IMG/VR virus record: IMGVR_UViG_2531839527_000011
Source: a virus
Taxonomy: Duplodnaviria; Heunggongvirae; Uroviricota; Caudoviricetes
Direction: 5' to 3' (one strand)
Length of the DNA: 19,093 nucleotides
Shown here: positions 15,142-19,093 of the stretch, piece after piece
Numbering within the stretch: the first letter of the stretch is position 1
Layout: each line of letters starts with the position of its first letter
Position numbers and translations under genes: made by a program
Notes under the pieces: model-generated
Databases searched by the model: none
Told to the model about the DNA's origin: nothing
The model's input: only the letters and a program-made list of their open reading frames with translations

Positions 15142-15827
15142 ATAACCAGTATTTACAGTTTGTTCGTGAGCAACTCATGATTGCCACCGCCGATTTGAGT
15201 GGATCAACAAAAGGGCAGCTTGAAGCCTGGCAGGAGAATGCCATGTTCGATACAGGGCGTTACAGGCGAAAAAAAATCCGGTACCGCGATGAAGTGACTG
15301 GAAAAATGATAACGCGGGATAATCCACCAATCCCGGGAAAGCAATCGCTGGCGAAAGGTTCATCAATTGCCCTGGTCAGTCCGGTTGAGTTTTCGACATC
15401 ATCATGGCGACGCGCCGTTCTGTCTCTTGAAGAGCATCAGAAGGCGTGGGTGCTGTGGGTATACAGTGAAAATCCGAGTTGGGATTATCAGGTGGTCATT
15501 GCGAAATGGGCGTGGGATAAGTTTCAGGTGCATTTTGGCACCAGAAAAATTACAGGGAAAACGCTTGAGCGTCTGAAGAAATTAATCTGGCTGGCGGCGC
15601 AGGATGTCAGGGGGAGGATTACTGGGCGTGACGTCTACCAGCGACAGGAACTTGCCAGACTGTGTGGAGTTAAGCCTGACAACTGGAGCCATAATTATGC
15701 GAACTACTGGCGTGAGATGTGCGACATTTTTAAGAAACTCGATACAGAATCCTTGATTTGCACCGTGAAAATGAGATCGCAACAAAAAGCGACCTTTTCA
15801 CGACGAGATATTGCAAAAGTCAATTAA
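15138..15827 (+). CDS. Putative late-gene antiterminator Q (229 aa)
   Basis: Sits immediately after rusA and immediately before a promoter-plus-terminator unit, which is the canonical Q/PR'/tR' arrangement. The protein is not confidently matched by motif; the call is positional. Confidence 0.5.
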   Translation: MNNQYLQFVREQLMIATADLSGSTKGQLEAWQENAMFDTGRYRRKKIRYRDEVTGKMITRDNPPIPGKQSLAKGSSIALVSPVEFSTSSWRRAVLSLEEHQKAWVLWVYSENPSWDYQVVIAKWAWDKFQVHFGTRKITGKTLERLKKLIWLAAQDVRGRITGRDVYQRQELARLCGVKPDNWSHNYANYWREMCDIFKKLDTESLICTVKMRSQQKATFSRRDIAKVN

Positions 15828-15839
15828 ATCGCATACATT
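15811..15839 (+). promoter_or_regulatory. PR'-like late promoter (TTGCAA -17- TACATT)
   Basis: -35 TTGCAA (15811-15816), 17-bp spacer, -10 TACATT (15834-15839). Overlaps the end of the Q-like gene, as lambda PR' does. Confidence 0.45.
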
Positions 15840-15873
15840 TTATGTAAATGTGATATTTTGCCGTATAGTGTGT

Positions 15874-15898
15874 AAACCCGCTTAAATGCGGGTTTTTT
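15874..15898 (+). terminator. tR'-like intrinsic terminator about 35-50 nt downstream of the putative late promoter
   Basis: AAACCCGC-TTAAAT-GCGGGTTT followed by a T-run. Confidence 0.65.
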
Positions 15899-15971
15899 GC
15901 TTAACTCTGTGGACCTTTTTATCTGTAGTTGTAAGATATGGATATTCTTACAATTTAGGTCGGTGAGCTTA

Positions 15972-16736
15972 ATGGAAGAACAGCACGGTAATTACTTTAT
16001 AAAACGAATTCAGTTGATTGGAAGGGGTGCATTTGGCTTTGTTGAACACGTTAAGGTTTACAACCTCAACAAGGGTGAATGTGGGGATTATGCTAGAAAG
16101 GTTTTAGCCCCCGAAAAACCAGAGCTTTTGGCGCAAATAGAGCAGTTTAGAAGGCGTTTTAAAAGGGAGGTCGTGTATCAATCACATTGCGTACATAGCA
16201 ATATTGTTCCTATTTATTTGTGCGATTTGTTTGCCGAGAATCCATGGTTCATTATGGATAAAGCAGAATGTGATCTTGAGCACGAAATAACGAACAACCT
16301 TCTTACAACAGATCAAAAAATTTCAATAGTGAAAATGGTATTAGATGGTGTAGCTCACATCCATGCGAAAGGCTATTTACACAGAGATATAAAACCATTT
16401 AATGTCTTGCGATTTAGCGACGGAACATACAAGGTGTCTGATTTTGGTCTGGTAAAAGATACAAATCCCGAAGGGGATACCACTAAATTGACCGAGATCG
16501 GTACCCGTATGGGAAGTACAAGATATATGGCTCCCGAGATTTTATATAATGCCGAGTATTCAGTTAAGACTGATGTTTATGCGGTGGGGCGGTTAATTGA
16601 GGACTTAAATTTAGATGATAAAAAAATAAAGCCTATCATAGCGAAGTGTACCAGGATGGATAAAGATGATAGATATCAGACAATAGATGATGTGGCGTTT
16701 GATTTTGTGCATTCTTTTTTAAGGAGTGAGTCATGA
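15972..16736 (+). CDS. Hanks-type (eukaryotic-like) Ser/Thr protein kinase, catalytic domain only (254 aa)
   Basis: Gly-rich loop IGRGAFGFV, Lys in YARK, catalytic loop HRDIKPFN, DFG, and YMAPE activation-segment motif. AT-rich. Confidence 0.85.
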   Translation: MEEQHGNYFIKRIQLIGRGAFGFVEHVKVYNLNKGECGDYARKVLAPEKPELLAQIEQFRRRFKREVVYQSHCVHSNIVPIYLCDLFAENPWFIMDKAECDLEHEITNNLLTTDQKISIVKMVLDGVAHIHAKGYLHRDIKPFNVLRFSDGTYKVSDFGLVKDTNPEGDTTKLTEIGTRMGSTRYMAPEILYNAEYSVKTDVYAVGRLIEDLNLDDKKIKPIIAKCTRMDKDDRYQTIDDVAFDFVHSFLRSES

Positions 16737-17476
16737 TTCAGCTGATAGCGACTTCATCATTCTCGTATCCAAAAGAACCAGGTAGGGTCAACGAAGATTC
16801 ATTGCTTCCTCCCAAAATTGTAGGGGATGGCATCTTATTTGCCGTAGCTGATGGTGTAGGTTCATACACTGGTGCCAGTCAGGCTTCATCAATGGCAATT
16901 GCTGAACTTTCAGCATTGACAAGCTTATCTTTTGACACAGTTCCGGATGTATTTGATGAAGTTAAGCGAAAGGTTATGTCGTTAGCTGATGTTAATGATG
17001 AGTTCGATAAAGCTGCTACTACACTTACGTTTTGTTATGTTTGTGATAGCGGAATTATTATTGGTCATATTGGTGATTGTCGTTTGTATTGCATTGGAGA
17101 GAAGAAAGCATACCAATTGACGAAGGACGATACCAGGCATCAGATGCTAATTGATCAGAATATTTTTAAACCCAGAGATTTGAAGGATAAACCGGGCAAA
17201 AATATCTTAACGACGGCTATAGCCTCAAATGTTGATATGGAATACGACTGTGATTTTATCACATGGAAAGATTTACCTAGTATTAACGGGGTATATCATC
17301 TGTGTATCATGTCTGATGGGGTTCATAACGTTTGGGAAAAACGCCCCAGATTTACATCAAATACGATGAGTAATAGTCAGAAGTTTTCTAATGGCATTTT
17401 GCGTCGTATAGAGAGAGCCGGACCTGATGATGACTTTTCTTTAGTAAGTATAATGGTGCGTGTGACGTCAGATTAG
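16733..17476 (+). CDS. PP2C-family (PPM) Ser/Thr phosphatase (247 aa)
   Basis: NEDS, AVADGVGS, GHIGDCRLY and MSDGV motifs correspond to the PPM metal-binding motifs. AAGGAG RBS; ATGA start/stop overlap with the kinase. Confidence 0.8.
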   Translation: MIQLIATSSFSYPKEPGRVNEDSLLPPKIVGDGILFAVADGVGSYTGASQASSMAIAELSALTSLSFDTVPDVFDEVKRKVMSLADVNDEFDKAATTLTFCYVCDSGIIIGHIGDCRLYCIGEKKAYQLTKDDTRHQMLIDQNIFKPRDLKDKPGKNILTTAIASNVDMEYDCDFITWKDLPSINGVYHLCIMSDGVHNVWEKRPRFTSNTMSNSQKFSNGILRRIERAGPDDDFSLVSIMVRVTSD

Positions 17477-17548
17477 TTGTATAAACTCAGTAGGGAATGC
17501 TAATTTCACATACAACATAGTTAAAGAAAACTTAATTTTAATGTAAAA

Positions 17549-17574
17549 AGGCTGCCCTCAGGCGGTCTTTTTAT
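17549..17574 (+). terminator. Possible weak terminator hairpin after the kinase/phosphatase pair
   Basis: CTGCC-CTCA-GGCGG stem (one G-U pair) followed by TCTTTTT. Confidence 0.35.
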
Positions 17575-17695
17575 GCTCGAAAATTGATGCAGTACGTTAA
17601 ACGCGCTGGTGGTTGCGAATACCGGTCTTTCAGCTTGCTGGCTTTTTAGACAAGAGTTATTGGTATGTCACGTTAACCAGAAAAGGGAAAAAGAC

Positions 17696-17893
17696 ATGCT
17701 AAAACAGCAGGATATGACCGAAACCGCCAGAGTGGTGTTTAATGAATTAAGCGTCACCGAACCGGCGACCGTCGGGGAAATTGCGCAGAATACTTACCTT
17801 TCACGCGAACGCTGCCAGTTAATCCTGACCCAGCTTGTTATGGCGGGTCTGGCAGATTATCAGTTCGGTTGTTACAGACGCCTTCTGCAGTGA
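17696..17893 (+). CDS. Hypothetical small protein (65 aa), possible DNA-binding
   Basis: Internal ATG at 17696 with AAAGGGAAA RBS-like purine tract. No motif assigned. Confidence 0.4.
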   Translation: MLKQQDMTETARVVFNELSVTEPATVGEIAQNTYLSRERCQLILTQLVMAGLADYQFGCYRRLLQ

Positions 17894-18043
17894 AGGCTTT
17901 TTAATTTGTGGTAATGGGCGGCTGGTGGGTGTTAGCGGCACCTGCCAGCCATCTGCTCATGCGTTGGGGTCACAAGCAAACCTCAGGCCCATCTGCTTTG
18001 CGCAAAAGCAGTATGAGCCTATCAGAGAAGTGCTTATTGATCT

Positions 18044-19093
18044 ATGACTAATACTGTAAAAATATCCAGTTGTGAGTTGATCAACGCTGATTGCCTGAAA
18101 TTTATCCAGACCTTACCGGAAAACTCTGTCGATCTGATAGTCACAGACCCGCCATACTTTAAAGTGAAGCCCGAGGGCTGGGATAACCAGTGGGAGGGCG
18201 ACGATGATTACCTGAAATGGCTGGACCAGTGTCTGGCGCAGTTCTGGCGGGTACTGAAGCCTGCCGGAAGTCTTTACCTGTTCTGTGGTCATCGCCTGGC
18301 ATCTGACACCGAAATCATGATGCGTGAGCGCTTTAATGTGCTGAACCACATTATCTGGGCGAAGCCGTCCGGACGCTGGAACGGGTGCAATAAGGAAAGT
18401 CTGCGGGCGTATTTTCCGGCAACAGAGCGCATTCTGTTTGCAGAACATTATCAGGGACCGTATCGCCCGAAAGATGATGGCTATGTGGCACAGGGGCGCG
18501 AGCTAAAACAGCACGTCATGGCCCCGCTGATTTCTTACTTTCGTGATGCGCGTAAATCACTGGGAATAACGTCAAAACAGATAGCGGAAGCCACCGGAAA
18601 GAAAAACATGGCTTCGCACTGGTTTGGTACCAGTCAGTGGCAGTTACCGAACGAGGGTGATTACAACAAATTGCAGGCGTTGTTTGCGCGTGTTGCGGCA
18701 GAAAAACATCAGCGCGGGGAACTGGAAAAACCACACCACCAGCTGGTCAGCACATACAGTGAGCTGAACCGGCAGTATACGGAATTGCTGAGTGAATATA
18801 AAAATTTGCGGCGGTATTTCGGTGTGACGGCGCAGGTTCCGTACACCGATGTCTGGACGCATAAACCGGTGCAGTACTATCCAGGAAAACATCCGTGCGA
18901 AAAACCGGCAGAAATGCTGCAGCAGATAATCAACGCGAGCAGTCGTCCGGGAGACCTGGTTGCAGATTTTTTTATGGGTTCAGGTTCAACGGTAAAAGCG
19001 GCGATGGCACTGGGGCGTTGTGCGATTGGTGTTGAGCTGGAGACAGGACGTTTTGAACAGACAGTCAGGGAAGTTCAGGATTTAATCGTTTGA
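18044..19093 (+). CDS. DNA methyltransferase, beta-class amino-MTase (N6-adenine or N4-cytosine), 349 aa
   Basis: Motif IV DPPY (VTDPPYF) near the N-terminus and motif I FxGxG (DFFMGSGST) near the C-terminus. Complete ORF ending at the last base of the window. Confidence 0.85.
   Translation: MTNTVKISSCELINADCLKFIQTLPENSVDLIVTDPPYFKVKPEGWDNQWEGDDDYLKWLDQCLAQFWRVLKPAGSLYLFCGHRLASDTEIMMRERFNVLNHIIWAKPSGRWNGCNKESLRAYFPATERILFAEHYQGPYRPKDDGYVAQGRELKQHVMAPLISYFRDARKSLGITSKQIAEATGKKNMASHWFGTSQWQLPNEGDYNKLQALFARVAAEKHQRGELEKPHHQLVSTYSELNRQYTELLSEYKNLRRYFGVTAQVPYTDVWTHKPVQYYPGKHPCEKPAEMLQQIINASSRPGDLVADFFMGSGSTVKAAMALGRCAIGVELETGRFEQTVREVQDLIV

Noticed and set aside
17835-18047. 70-aa plus-strand ORF between the small protein and the methyltransferase
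   Set aside because: Different frame, overlaps the preceding gene, no RBS; likely intergenic.
1-19093. Search for CRISPR arrays, tRNA/rRNA genes and phage att sites
   Set aside because: No regularly spaced direct repeats of CRISPR type and no tRNA-like sequence were recognised by eye. The integrase ends at base 1, so attL would lie outside the window.

Overview
This window reads as the left and central part of a lambdoid (Rac/Qin-like) prophage of an enterobacterium, running from the integrase stop codon at position 1 to a DNA methyltransferase ending at 19093. All protein identifications come from reading motifs in the supplied translations and from recalled family sequences; no database search was run. 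Backbone, in order: int and xis (minus strand); a DEDDh 3'-5' exonuclease gene that appears frameshifted; a dicB/dicF-type division-inhibition operon (minus strand); a CI-like S24 repressor divergent from a Cro-like gene across an operator region with three repeats; a YdaT-like gene; a replication-initiator gene with internal iterons; a frameshifted DUF4406-like gene; a DUF968 (YdfU-like) gene; rusA; a Q-like antiterminator with a PR'-like promoter and terminator directly downstream. Three apparent accessory insertions interrupt this backbone: (1) an AT-rich island (about 9780-12200) carrying a second, QuuD-type Q-like gene convergent with an unrecognised two-gene operon (304-aa soluble protein plus 159-aa four-TM membrane protein), which is my best candidate for an undescribed defence or abortive-infection module; (2) a Hok-family type I toxin followed by a Doc-family toxin with a small upstream partner, bracketed by near-identical terminator hairpins; (3) a Hanks-type Ser/Thr kinase and PP2C phosphatase pair translationally coupled and sitting immediately downstream of Q and PR'/tR', the position Shiga toxin genes occupy in Stx phages. 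No tRNA, rRNA, CRISPR array or att site was recognisable.
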